From contig USEX01000002.1 of NCBI GenBank assembly GCA_900553755.1, forward strand, positions 16,339 through 80,338: DNA of 64,000 nucleotides, written 5' to 3'. Of this stretch, positions 1 to 8,800 are shown one piece after another (within the stretch, counting starts at the first letter, position 1; each line of letters begins with the position of its first letter). The notes beneath the pieces are model-generated. The model was not told the origin of the DNA. It was given only the letters and a program-made list of their open reading frames with translations, and ran no database searches. The stretch is from an uncultured Clostridium sp. Its GTDB lineage: Bacteria; Bacillota; Clostridia; TANB77; CAG-508. Position numbers and translations under genes: made by a program.

Positions 1-235
1 GTGGGACGAGAACCGTAGGTCGTATATATTGTTGGCTTTCCAATATGCACTAAATCCTGTTACTTGCTTACTTCTATATCTTTTTGTTTCTCCATCCATT
101 ACTGCTGCATTTCCGGTACTATTTGCGTAATTCCCCATGTTGCACTTCATGCATTTATTGGTGTATAGCCTTTTGGTATTATTGGATTATTTATATTTTT
201 ATAAAAGATTCTAATTTTGATTTTCATAAAAGTAT

Positions 236-258
236 CCCTGGCTCGATTTGAGCCAGGG
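236..258 (-). terminator. Rho-independent terminator after the surface-protein gene
   Basis: Perfect 9-bp stem CCCTGGCTC/GAGCCAGGG with a 5-nt loop, about 48 nt past the stop at 306. A T-rich stretch follows on the minus strand. Confidence 0.6.
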
Positions 259-305
259 ATTTGTTACACTATTGCTTTAATCGAAAAGCACAGTGTCAAA
301 GGTTT

Positions 306-2546
306 TTAGAAGTCCTTTTTGCTCCTTCTCTTTTTTTGTATAACCACTACTGTGATTACACCAGTGGCAGCAACGATAAGTGCAGTTGCCCAGTATACTA
401 CAGTATTTGTAGAGCCTGTTTTTGGCATATTATCGTTCTGTCCAGGAGTAGGAGTTGGAGAAGTCGGTTTCTCGCTCGGAACTGCTTCCGGAGTGGAAGT
501 AGGCTTCGGGGTCGGAGTGGACACTGTTGTAGGAGTCGCACTTGGAGTCGGAGTCGGCGTGGGTTCCTCACTCGGTTCAGGAGTGGGGGTTGGCGTCGGT
601 TCCGTGCTCGAGCTCGGCACAGGAGTAGGCGTTGGCGTTGGCTCAACACTCGGCGTAGGTGTCGGTGTAGGAGTAGGTTCCGGTGTAGCTGTGCTATTCG
701 GCACATCTATGATTGTTGTTTCCTTAGACTTTACTGTAAAAGTAATGTCATCAGAAGTAACATATCCACCAGGTGCCTTCACTTCTTTCAGAATGTAATC
801 TACATCTGTCAATAAATATTTAACAGTGAAGGAACCATTTTCAGTGACCAAGAGTGCAGCTGCACTCTCGTCAGTGGTAAAATACCCATTACCATTCTCA
901 TCAATGGCATAGTAGTACGTTACCTGCTGTTCTCCTTCATCTCCAAGCTCCATTTTATAATAATAGAGCTTAAAAGTGGCGGGATCGGTAATTAATTCAC
1001 CGGTCTCACTATCAACTTTATTGATGGTAACATCACCATCAACCTGTTCCATGATGATACTGTTGTACCATCCGAACTTGTAAAGCTGATAGCTGTTTGT
1101 GGTCCACGGACCATCAACGCCGAATACCATCGAGATAGCAATTTTACTTGCTTCCTCTTTGGTCAATCCAGCAGCAGTCGCTTCCGCAAAGTAATCATTT
1201 ACTTTGCTCCATGTTCCAGAAGTGTCCTCCATGTAGTCGCGGACACCCTGATCAAGCAAATGCCACTTGTCTCCGCTGTTAAGGAATTCCTGTCGAGTTT
1301 CTTCGTCACCAAACGCAAAACTCAACAATTCCTTGTAGAACAAATTGTAGCTGGCTTCACCAAGCTCCTTTTCATTCCACTTTACCTGCAGATACAATCT
1401 GCCGTTCCGTCCGGATTTAGTCACGGAATATTTTCCGATTAAATCTGGATACTTTGCCAGAAGATCAGCATATTGTTCTTCCGTTATGGAAAACTGATCA
1501 TCTGCCATGCCCCCCTGCATGTCGGCAACAGCCTCAGGATGTTCTTCAGCCAACTGGCTGAAGTTTGCATAGCTAGTACCAAGTTCATTGTTGTAATAAT
1601 TCAACAAATAATCGGTAAGAGCTGTTTCACCGGTGTAACCGGCGTCTGCCAAATAGTCAGCCATATTCAGAATATGGTTGAGCTTGACTTGTGTGCCGGA
1701 GAACACGTCAAACAACTTACACATTGGCGTAGACTTTGCAATCGCACCAAGAAACGCGATGGGAATTCTTTGCCCATCGAATCCTACGAAATCGCTCAGT
1801 GCTTCCTCATCAGACGTATTTTTGGTTTCCAACCTAAAGGAACCGTCTTGGTATCTATAGGTGTGACCATTGGAGGTGGTTATCTCTATATCCACCATCC
1901 CATAGTCTGAAGGTTGCACTAAATAGTGTGCATTCGGATCTCCCGTCTGGTCCTGATACCATTCATCTATCATGGTCAGAACTGTCGAGAAGTCCAAAAC
2001 AACATCTCCTTCAGCATCTTCTCCGATATCGTAGAAGATCTTGAACTTATCATCTTCCAGTTTGATGCTATAATTAACATCTACACCTGCCGACGTTTTG
2101 GGTTGATTAGCTGGATTAGCATTTTCTGCCTGTACAGCCACCATCAGAGATTCATCTGTAGCAGCATTTACTGTAATCAGATCTTCCTCAGACACGTACA
2201 ATTGTGTGTCTCCTTCGGATTTTTCAGGTTCTTGGGTTGCCCCAGCTTCCTGCTCAGTAGTAAAATCTTCCGATTCTGCCTCTGGTTCCTCAGTTGCCTC
2301 AGGAAAATCTACTTCTTCTTGAGCATTTTCCAGATTCTCATCTTGTTGCTCATTCTCAATAGCAGATGTTTCTTCAGCCTCCTCAGCTTCACCTTCCTTC
2401 AGAACTACTGTTTCTTCCGTACTTAAAGTTACACTTGTGGTGTCTTCAGGTACGGGACCTTCTGCATATGCTGTCGTAGCAGTTATTTGTACGACAAGCA
2501 TAGCAATTGCTAATAAAACAGCAATTCCCTTTTTCCGTCTTTTCAT
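306..2546 (-). CDS. Cell-wall-anchored surface protein (sortase substrate) with acidic N-terminal region, Cna-B/SpaA-like segment and Pro/Thr stalk
   Basis: 746-aa ORF with RBS AAAGGTGGAAAG before the ATG. Signal peptide MKRRKKGIAVLLAIAMLVVQITATTAYA. C-terminal fold segment ...LKEVKAPGGYVTSDDITFTV. PTPTPTP stalk. Sorting signal MPKTG, then a hydrophobic span and a KKRRSKK tail. Confidence 0.9.
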   Translation of the reverse strand: MKRRKKGIAVLLAIAMLVVQITATTAYAEGPVPEDTTSVTLSTEETVVLKEGEAEEAEETSAIENEQQDENLENAQEEVDFPEATEEPEAESEDFTTEQEAGATQEPEKSEGDTQLYVSEEDLITVNAATDESLMVAVQAENANPANQPKTSAGVDVNYSIKLEDDKFKIFYDIGEDAEGDVVLDFSTVLTMIDEWYQDQTGDPNAHYLVQPSDYGMVDIEITTSNGHTYRYQDGSFRLETKNTSDEEALSDFVGFDGQRIPIAFLGAIAKSTPMCKLFDVFSGTQVKLNHILNMADYLADAGYTGETALTDYLLNYYNNELGTSYANFSQLAEEHPEAVADMQGGMADDQFSITEEQYADLLAKYPDLIGKYSVTKSGRNGRLYLQVKWNEKELGEASYNLFYKELLSFAFGDEETRQEFLNSGDKWHLLDQGVRDYMEDTSGTWSKVNDYFAEATAAGLTKEEASKIAISMVFGVDGPWTTNSYQLYKFGWYNSIIMEQVDGDVTINKVDSETGELITDPATFKLYYYKMELGDEGEQQVTYYYAIDENGNGYFTTDESAAALLVTENGSFTVKYLLTDVDYILKEVKAPGGYVTSDDITFTVKSKETTIIDVPNSTATPEPTPTPTPTPSVEPTPTPTPVPSSSTEPTPTPTPEPSEEPTPTPTPSATPTTVSTPTPKPTSTPEAVPSEKPTSPTPTPGQNDNMPKTGSTNTVVYWATALIVAATGVITVVVIQKKRRSKKDF
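440..705 (-). repeat. Coding low-complexity Pro/Thr (PTPTPTP / EPTPTPTP) stalk repeat
   Basis: Translation reads ...TPEPTPTPTPTPSVEPTPTPTPVPSSSTEPTPTPTPEPSEEPTPTPTPSATP... This region also generates the spurious overlapping ORFs 261..815, 319..798 and 398..706. Confidence 0.8.
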
Positions 2547-2597
2547 TCGAACTTTCCACCTTTCGGTATGTATTCATGCCTTTCGGCAAGTATCTAC

Positions 2598-2626
2598 ATT
2601 ATACCCTTTATCCTGCTTTATGTCAA
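2598..2626 (-). promoter_or_regulatory. Sigma-A-type promoter for the surface-protein gene
   Basis: On the minus strand: TTGACA (2626..2621), a 17-nt spacer, then TATAAT (2603..2598), about 50 nt upstream of the ATG at 2546. Confidence 0.6.
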
Positions 2627-2670
2627 CATGTTTACCATATTTTCCCTTCTTTATTTCGACCTCTTTCGAT

Positions 2671-2700
2671 AAAAAACGTGGATATGCTAATCCACGTTTT
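2671..2700 (-). terminator. Rho-independent terminator of nrdDG, overlapping the nrdG stop codon
   Basis: Minus strand reads AAAACGTGGAT-TAGCAT-ATCCACGTTTTTTAT. The stem includes the TAG stop and a T-run follows. Confidence 0.75.
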
Positions 2701-3199
2701 CATTCTTATCATTATAAAGTTCTATTTTATTTTCTTTCAAACTTTTTTGTACATCTATTACCCTTTGGTTTTCGGATCCTTTCCACTCCAATACTGGATT
2801 ATGTAATTCATCTACATATTGGCCATCTACTAATACATCTAGGTATTTCACAACTTCTTTATCCTTTAAATCCTTATCAAACCTATATCCAGACCAAGCC
2901 CATAAGTTTTTATTTGGATATTTTTCTTTAAATTCTTTGGCTAATTTTGTTGTTCCTTCTATATTTTTAGGATTCATTGGTTCTCCGCCTAGTATTGATA
3001 ATCCTTCTATATTTTCGTTGTCACATAGTTTTAGTACTTTATCTATTGTTTCATCTGTAAACTCTTTTCCACCGTTGAAATCATGAGTTTCTGGATTAAA
3101 GCAATTTTTGCAATTAAAAGCACATCCTTGCATAAATATAGAAACTCTAACTCCTGGTCCATCTGAAATATCCATCTTTCTTATTTTGTTGTATCTCAT
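2687..3199 (-). CDS. nrdG: Anaerobic ribonucleoside-triphosphate reductase activating protein (radical SAM)
   Basis: 170 aa with the N-terminal radical-SAM cluster motif GCAFNCKNCFN (CxxxCxxC). It lies 15 nt downstream of nrdD, and its size is typical of NrdG. Confidence 0.9.
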   Translation of the reverse strand: MRYNKIRKMDISDGPGVRVSIFMQGCAFNCKNCFNPETHDFNGGKEFTDETIDKVLKLCDNENIEGLSILGGEPMNPKNIEGTTKLAKEFKEKYPNKNLWAWSGYRFDKDLKDKEVVKYLDVLVDGQYVDELHNPVLEWKGSENQRVIDVQKSLKENKIELYNDKNENVD

Positions 3200-3214
3200 T
3201 TTACATCCTTCTCT

Positions 3215-5374
3215 CTAATCAGCATCTTTATTGTCTATATGTAATACTCTCTCTTTTATTTCTTGTGTTCTTCCCTTATTCCAGAAATTACTTCCTATGT
3301 ATCCACATGTTCTTCTTGCAACATTTAAAGTTCTATGATCTCTATTTCCACAGTTTGGGCAATACCATTCCAAATTATCATCTATTAATATTTCTCCATC
3401 AAATCCACATTTTTGACAGTAATCTGATTTTGTATTTACCTCTGCATACATGATGTTATCATATATGAATTTAATTATTTGAAGAACTACTTCTATATTA
3501 TTTTGTAAGTTTGGAGTTTCTACATATGAGATTGCTCCTCCAGGGCTTAATTGTTGGAATTTACTTTCTAATTTTAATTTAGAGAAAGCATCTATCTCTT
3601 CGAATACTGGCACATGATATGAGTTTGTTATGTAGTTTCTATCGGTAATTCCTGCAATTTTTCCGAATCTTCTTTGTAAGCATTTTGCAAATTTATATGT
3701 TGTAGATTCTATTGGGGTTCCATAAACACTATAATCTATGTTTTCTGCTTCCTTCCACTCATTGCATTTATCATTTAATTTTTGCATTACTTCTATTGCA
3801 AATTTTTCGCCCTTATCGCCATCTGTATGGCTATATCCTGTCATGTATTTAACACATTCATATAAGCCTGCATATCCTAATGATATAGTTGAATATCCAC
3901 CATGTAATAAATCGTGAATGCTTGCTCCTTTTGGTAATCTTGCTAATGCACCATATTGCCATAGAATTGGAGCTACATCACTTGTTGCCTTGCTTAATCT
4001 TTCGTGTCTTGCTTGCAATGCTTTGTGGCATAATTCTAATCTTTCGTCATATATCTTCCAGAATTTTTTCAAATCTTTTCCTGATGATAGTGCAACATCT
4101 ACTAGATTTATTGTTACTACACCTTGGTTAAATCTTCCATAATATTTTGGTTTATTTGTTTTTGGGTCTACATAAGGTGTTAGGAAAGAACGGCATCCCA
4201 TGCATGGATAGCATTGTCCATTTCCGTTTTTATCTATTTTTAGTTCTTTCATTTTCTTTTCCGAAATATAATCTGGCACCATTCTCTTTGCAGTACATTT
4301 TGCAGCTAACTCTGTTAAATACCAATATTTACTATTTTTATGTATGTTATCTTCTTCAAGTACATATAACAATTTTGGAAAAGCTGGAGTTATGTATACT
4401 CCTTTTTCATTTTTCATACCTAAAATTCTTTGTTTTAGTATTTCTTCTATTATCATAGCTAATTCTGCTTTGTATTCTTCTGTTTCTCCTAAATACATAC
4501 ATACACTTAAAAATGGAGATTGTCCATTTGTTGTTGTCATAGAGTTTATTTGGTATTGGAATGTTTGCACTCCATCTTGTATCTCTTTTGCTAAATCTTC
4601 TTTTGCAAATTTTACGCATTGCTCTTCTGGCAATTTTCTGCTTCTATATTTTTTCAAATATATATTGTAGCTATCTCTTACAAATGGTGCTAAATGTGTC
4701 ATGGTAACTGTTGCTCCGCCATATTGGCTAGATGTAACGGCTGTTATTATTTGTGTTGCTATAGTCATTGCTGTTAAAAATTTATGTGGCTTTTCTATTA
4801 AAACGCCATTTATATTTGTTCCGTTTTGTAGCATGTCCTCTAGGTTGATTAAATCGCAGTTATGCAATGCATTTTGTGCAAAATAATCTGCATCATGAAA
4901 GTGTATAATTCCTTCGTCGTGTGCTTTTACAATATCTTCTGGCAATAAAAATCTTCTAGTAATATCTGTGCTTGTAATTCCTGCTAGATAGTCTCTTTGT
5001 GTGGTTACAACTCTAGCATTTTTATTTGAATTTTCATTGTTCCAGTATTCGCTTTCGCCTTCTATTAATTCTTTTATTGATTGATCTGTAGTATTAGCTT
5101 TTCTTACTAAGGCTCTAGTATATCTATATGTAATATATTGTTTTGCAAGCTGATATCTACCTATTTCCATTAACTTTTCTTCTATTATGTCTTGTATATC
5201 TTCAACTAATATTCTAGATTTTTTTAGGTCTTCTATATAATTTATAATTCTCTCAATTTCTTCATCTGTAGCTTTTTCTTTTCTAGATACATCATTGTTT
5301 GCTTTTTTTATAGCTGTTCTTATTTTTTCGCGATCATATTCTACAACTGTTCCATCTCTCTTTATTACTTTCAT
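3215..5374 (-). CDS. nrdD: Anaerobic ribonucleoside-triphosphate reductase (class III, glycyl radical)
   Basis: 719 aa. N-terminal ATP-cone (MKVIKRDGTVVEYDREKIRTAIKKA). C-terminal zinc site CQKCGF...CPNCGN. Glycyl-radical motif RTCGYIG. RBS GGGGAGGAAAAAA before the ATG. Confidence 0.95.
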   Translation of the reverse strand: MKVIKRDGTVVEYDREKIRTAIKKANNDVSRKEKATDEEIERIINYIEDLKKSRILVEDIQDIIEEKLMEIGRYQLAKQYITYRYTRALVRKANTTDQSIKELIEGESEYWNNENSNKNARVVTTQRDYLAGITSTDITRRFLLPEDIVKAHDEGIIHFHDADYFAQNALHNCDLINLEDMLQNGTNINGVLIEKPHKFLTAMTIATQIITAVTSSQYGGATVTMTHLAPFVRDSYNIYLKKYRSRKLPEEQCVKFAKEDLAKEIQDGVQTFQYQINSMTTTNGQSPFLSVCMYLGETEEYKAELAMIIEEILKQRILGMKNEKGVYITPAFPKLLYVLEEDNIHKNSKYWYLTELAAKCTAKRMVPDYISEKKMKELKIDKNGNGQCYPCMGCRSFLTPYVDPKTNKPKYYGRFNQGVVTINLVDVALSSGKDLKKFWKIYDERLELCHKALQARHERLSKATSDVAPILWQYGALARLPKGASIHDLLHGGYSTISLGYAGLYECVKYMTGYSHTDGDKGEKFAIEVMQKLNDKCNEWKEAENIDYSVYGTPIESTTYKFAKCLQRRFGKIAGITDRNYITNSYHVPVFEEIDAFSKLKLESKFQQLSPGGAISYVETPNLQNNIEVVLQIIKFIYDNIMYAEVNTKSDYCQKCGFDGEILIDDNLEWYCPNCGNRDHRTLNVARRTCGYIGSNFWNKGRTQEIKERVLHIDNKDAD

Positions 5375-5409
5375 GTTTTTTCCTCCCCTTATTTTTTTAA
5401 TGTGGCTAA

Positions 5410-5438
5410 ATAATATATTATATTTTTAGTAATGTCAA
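5410..5438 (-). promoter_or_regulatory. Candidate sigma-A promoter of nrdDG
   Basis: On the minus strand: TTGACA (5438..5433), a 17-nt spacer, then TATTAT (5415..5410), about 35 nt upstream of the nrdD ATG. Confidence 0.5.
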
Positions 5439-5464
5439 AGTATATTAATTATGTATAACACTCG

Positions 5465-5492
5465 AAAAAGTGCCTATAAATAGGCACTTTTT
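5465..5492. terminator. Bidirectional stem-loop terminator
   Basis: AAAAAGTGCCTA-TAAA-TAGGCACTTTTT: a perfect 12-bp stem including the flanking A and T runs. Confidence 0.65.
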
Positions 5493-5778
5493 GTATTTAC
5501 ATTTTTTGCCATTTTTCGGTAAAAAATTTATTTTTTCTTTTGTAACCCTACTAATGCAAGCGAAAGCTAATTTTCTCTTAAACCGCAATATTACAATTTT
5601 GTTACATTTTATTTTTCATTTTCTAAAAATCATTTTTTTATTTTTTGCAAATTTTATTTTTATTTTTATTCGTTTTAGTGATTTTTCAGTGTTTTTTTGT
5701 AATAATTATGTTGTTTTTTTATTCTTTTGGAAAAATCATTTTTTATTTTCTTTCAAAATATATTTGTGCAAAATTTAA

Positions 5779-5796
5779 GAGGCTTTTTCAAGCCTC
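5779..5796 (-). terminator. Terminator after the 1384-aa surface-protein gene
   Basis: GAGGCTT-TTTC-AAGCCTC, 16 nt past the stop at 5812. The minus strand continues TTAAATTTT. Confidence 0.6.
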
Positions 5797-5811
5797 CTTT
5801 ATTTTAGTGTT

Positions 5812-8800
5812 TTACTTTTTATTTATTACTTTCTTCTTTATTAGTACAACACCTAAGCCTATTATTGCAGCTAAGCCTAAGCCTAATACGTAGTAAATGT
5901 ATGTTTCACCAAATGGTGGTAATACTGTTACTGTTGTGCTATCAGCATCTATTTCTGCTGTTTTTGCATTAGGGTTTTGATTTCCTACTGTTGAGAATGC
6001 CATTCTTCTTCCAACATCATTAGATACTTTTATTATTTCTGCTAATGTATTATATGATAAGTCATCTGCTGCATTTTGAGCTGACATTACTTGTGATAAT
6101 GTTAATGTAGCATTAGCTTCGTGTGTTCCTGTTGAAGCCATTTGAGGTGTTAAAGCTGTTTCTCCCATTTTGTTTTGTAATATTGTACTGTATTCAGATA
6201 CAGCTCCTGTATAAGTTCCGTTGCTTTGTGTTAATAAATCTTCAGATACAAGTGGATTTGCTTCGCCTTTATATAGGTAATCAAAGTTTACTTGTTCCCA
6301 TCCATTATTTTCACTATTTGAAGCATCAAATCTTAAATTGTTCTTTGTAGCTTTAGCATCATCTGATAAAGCTGCACCAATGTAATTAACTACACCTTTT
6401 ATTGTTGTTCTTACAAGGCTTCCGTTTGCTACATTTCCTTTGTAGTAGAAGTTATATCCTGTATAATCTATTTCACCAACGTTTGTTACTTTTAATGCAT
6501 ATTTTACATTTATAGTTGCACCTTGCATTAATTCCTCGTCCATAGTTAAAACTATTCTTTGTGGATTTTGGCTAACTACTGGTGTTTTTAACTTGTTTCC
6601 ATCATATGATACTTGGTGGTATTTCTTAGCTTGCCATAAAACGTTTGTCGCTTTTCCACTTGCATCAAATAATGTATTTCCATTAGCTAATGTAACTTTT
6701 ACATTTGCAACTTCTTGGCTTAATGTTAATTGTGTTTTTGGTCTTTCTACTACACCAAAATCTATTCCATCCATTCTGTATGTTCTTTGATCTGAATTAC
6801 GATCATTTGGATTTTTCTCTATGTTTATTCCAATCAAACCTGTAACAGCTTGCATTGATTTATCTTGAGTTTCGTATTCTTTTAATTTTCCATTTGTTTC
6901 TTCTGTTAATAAGTTATTAACATATTGTCTATATTGTGTTGATAACGTTTCCAATGTTTTGCCATTGTTTGTTAATTTACCATTGTAAATATCTCTTGCA
7001 TCAGAGTATTTTTGTGTTGTTTCTACATATCTTCCTAATTCATCTGGATTGTTTACATCAAATGTTGCTGATGGGTTATAAATTGTAGATTTATATGTTT
7101 GTCCATCTGCATATATGAATTTCAAATAGTAGTTACCTGGAACGAATCCTGAAAGTGTATAATCACCATTATTTCCTGATGTTACTTGTGCATCTTGCCA
7201 TCCAGAATTTGTCCACATTTTAGCTTTTTGGTTTGTATCTGCATCCCATAACTCTACTTTTACTCCGCTTAGACCAGCTTCTCCATTATCATAAGAACCG
7301 TTTCCTATATCTGCTCCGTTTACAGTATTGTTTCTGTTTTCTATCCAGATATTACCTGTTGTTCTTCTTTCTTCGTTTGCTAATACAAACTTAATGTATG
7401 GAGCTCTATCTGTATCGTCTTCAAAGTTCTTTGTATCTGTTGAGCTTACATTACCTGGATTTGAATCTACATCTACTCTACCTGCAACATCGCCAGCTTT
7501 GTATTCTGTATAAGTGATTCTCGAACCTGCATTTGGAGATGAAATATTATTTGCATAATATGTTTTATATCCCATTATTTCTGCAATGTTTCCTTTTCCA
7601 GTTCCGCTGTTATCCAACTTGATGCCATTACTATCTGTGTTTACTTTAAATGTCACATATACATATAAGTCTCCACTTGGTTGTATTCTGCTGTTTTCTA
7701 AGCCTTTTAAATACAATTTATTGTATCCACTTATTCTAGTTGTATGTGTATACTTGCTTGTGCTTGATGAAGTTAAGTTTGTTATTACTTTACCATTTCT
7801 ATCTCCAATATATGCACTTTCGTAAGTATAATCATCATCAAAATAATCTACTAATTCTGTAACATTTGCTGCTATTCCTTCTGATTGGTTTCTTATAGTA
7901 ATTTTATATACTACTCTTGCTTCCAAGTTATTTGTTCCTTTATAGTTGTAATCAGCTTTTTTTACTTCTCTTGTATAACTTGTAGCATAATAATTTGTAT
8001 CTGACTTTCTTAAAGATATATCCCAATAAGAATTTCCTTTACTATCTGTTTCTAGACCATCTCTTTTATTGTATAAATATTCTTGGCTGTAGCCTTTAAT
8101 ATTTAATATAGCTTTGTACACATCTTTTCTTAATGCTAAATCTGCAACTTCTCTTTTTGTTATTCCTAGGTTGATATCTGAACTTGTCGTGTTATATGTT
8201 TTTATATTTTTTGTATTTCCATATCCACCAGTATAAGCTGATATTGCATATTTAGAAATATATGATGGTTTTTCAGTATTTATACTATATGACACTCCAG
8301 TATTAGGTCCTATTTCTGCTAAGCCTTTATTTAAATTATCTCTAGCAGATTCTGTTTCTGTTGCATTTGAAGTCTTCTTAGCATTGCTTGATGTTGTTGT
8401 CCATTGTGTATATTTTGTATGTTGATAATCTTGTCCATTATATATGAATTCCACATAATATCCACCAGAGTTTCTTTGTTCTACTATAAATTCATAGTAT
8501 CCATTGCTATTTGTTGTAGTAGATTTTGTTGCTTGCCCATATTTTATTGGACTTCCACTTTCAGTGTTCTTTACATATTCGATTGTTTTTCCATCAGAAG
8601 TATGAAGAACTACTTTAATTCCGTTTAAAAACGCTTCATTAGTTCCATCTTTTGTACCATTTAAAGATGTTTCTTTTCCACTTTTAACATCTTCCCATAC
8701 ATAACCGCTTAATTTGATGAACTTAGTAAGTTCTATTCCATCTGTATAAGCAGGTGATTCAATTAACTCTCTTTCACCTTTACCAATAAGACCTGATTGA

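Noticed and set aside
1-150. Minus-strand ORF starting at the ATG at 150..148 and running off the left edge (MKCNMGNYANSTGNAAVMDGETKRYRSKQVTGFSAYWKANNIYDL...)
   Set aside because: Only 50 codons are visible, there is no clear RBS and I recognise no motif. It may be a real gene start but cannot be supported from this window.
261-815. ORFs 261..815 (+), 319..798 (+) and 398..706 (-) overlapping the 3' end of the surface-protein gene
   Set aside because: They are alternative-frame or antisense readings of the GC-rich Pro/Thr repeat and translate to Arg/Ser/Gly/Val low-complexity strings. The 746-aa frame has the signal peptide, sorting signal and RBS.
5375-5465. NrdR boxes or a cobalamin riboswitch upstream of nrdD
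   Set aside because: The leader is under 40 nt, too short for a riboswitch. I could not find the 16-bp palindrome acaCwAtATaTwGtgt, only A/T-rich near-matches.
5470-5893. ORFs 5470..5778 and 5645..5893 (+)
   Set aside because: These are translations of T-tract spacer (Phe/Ile/Leu strings) and of the antisense strand of the adhesin gene end. No RBS is present, and terminators sit inside or around them.
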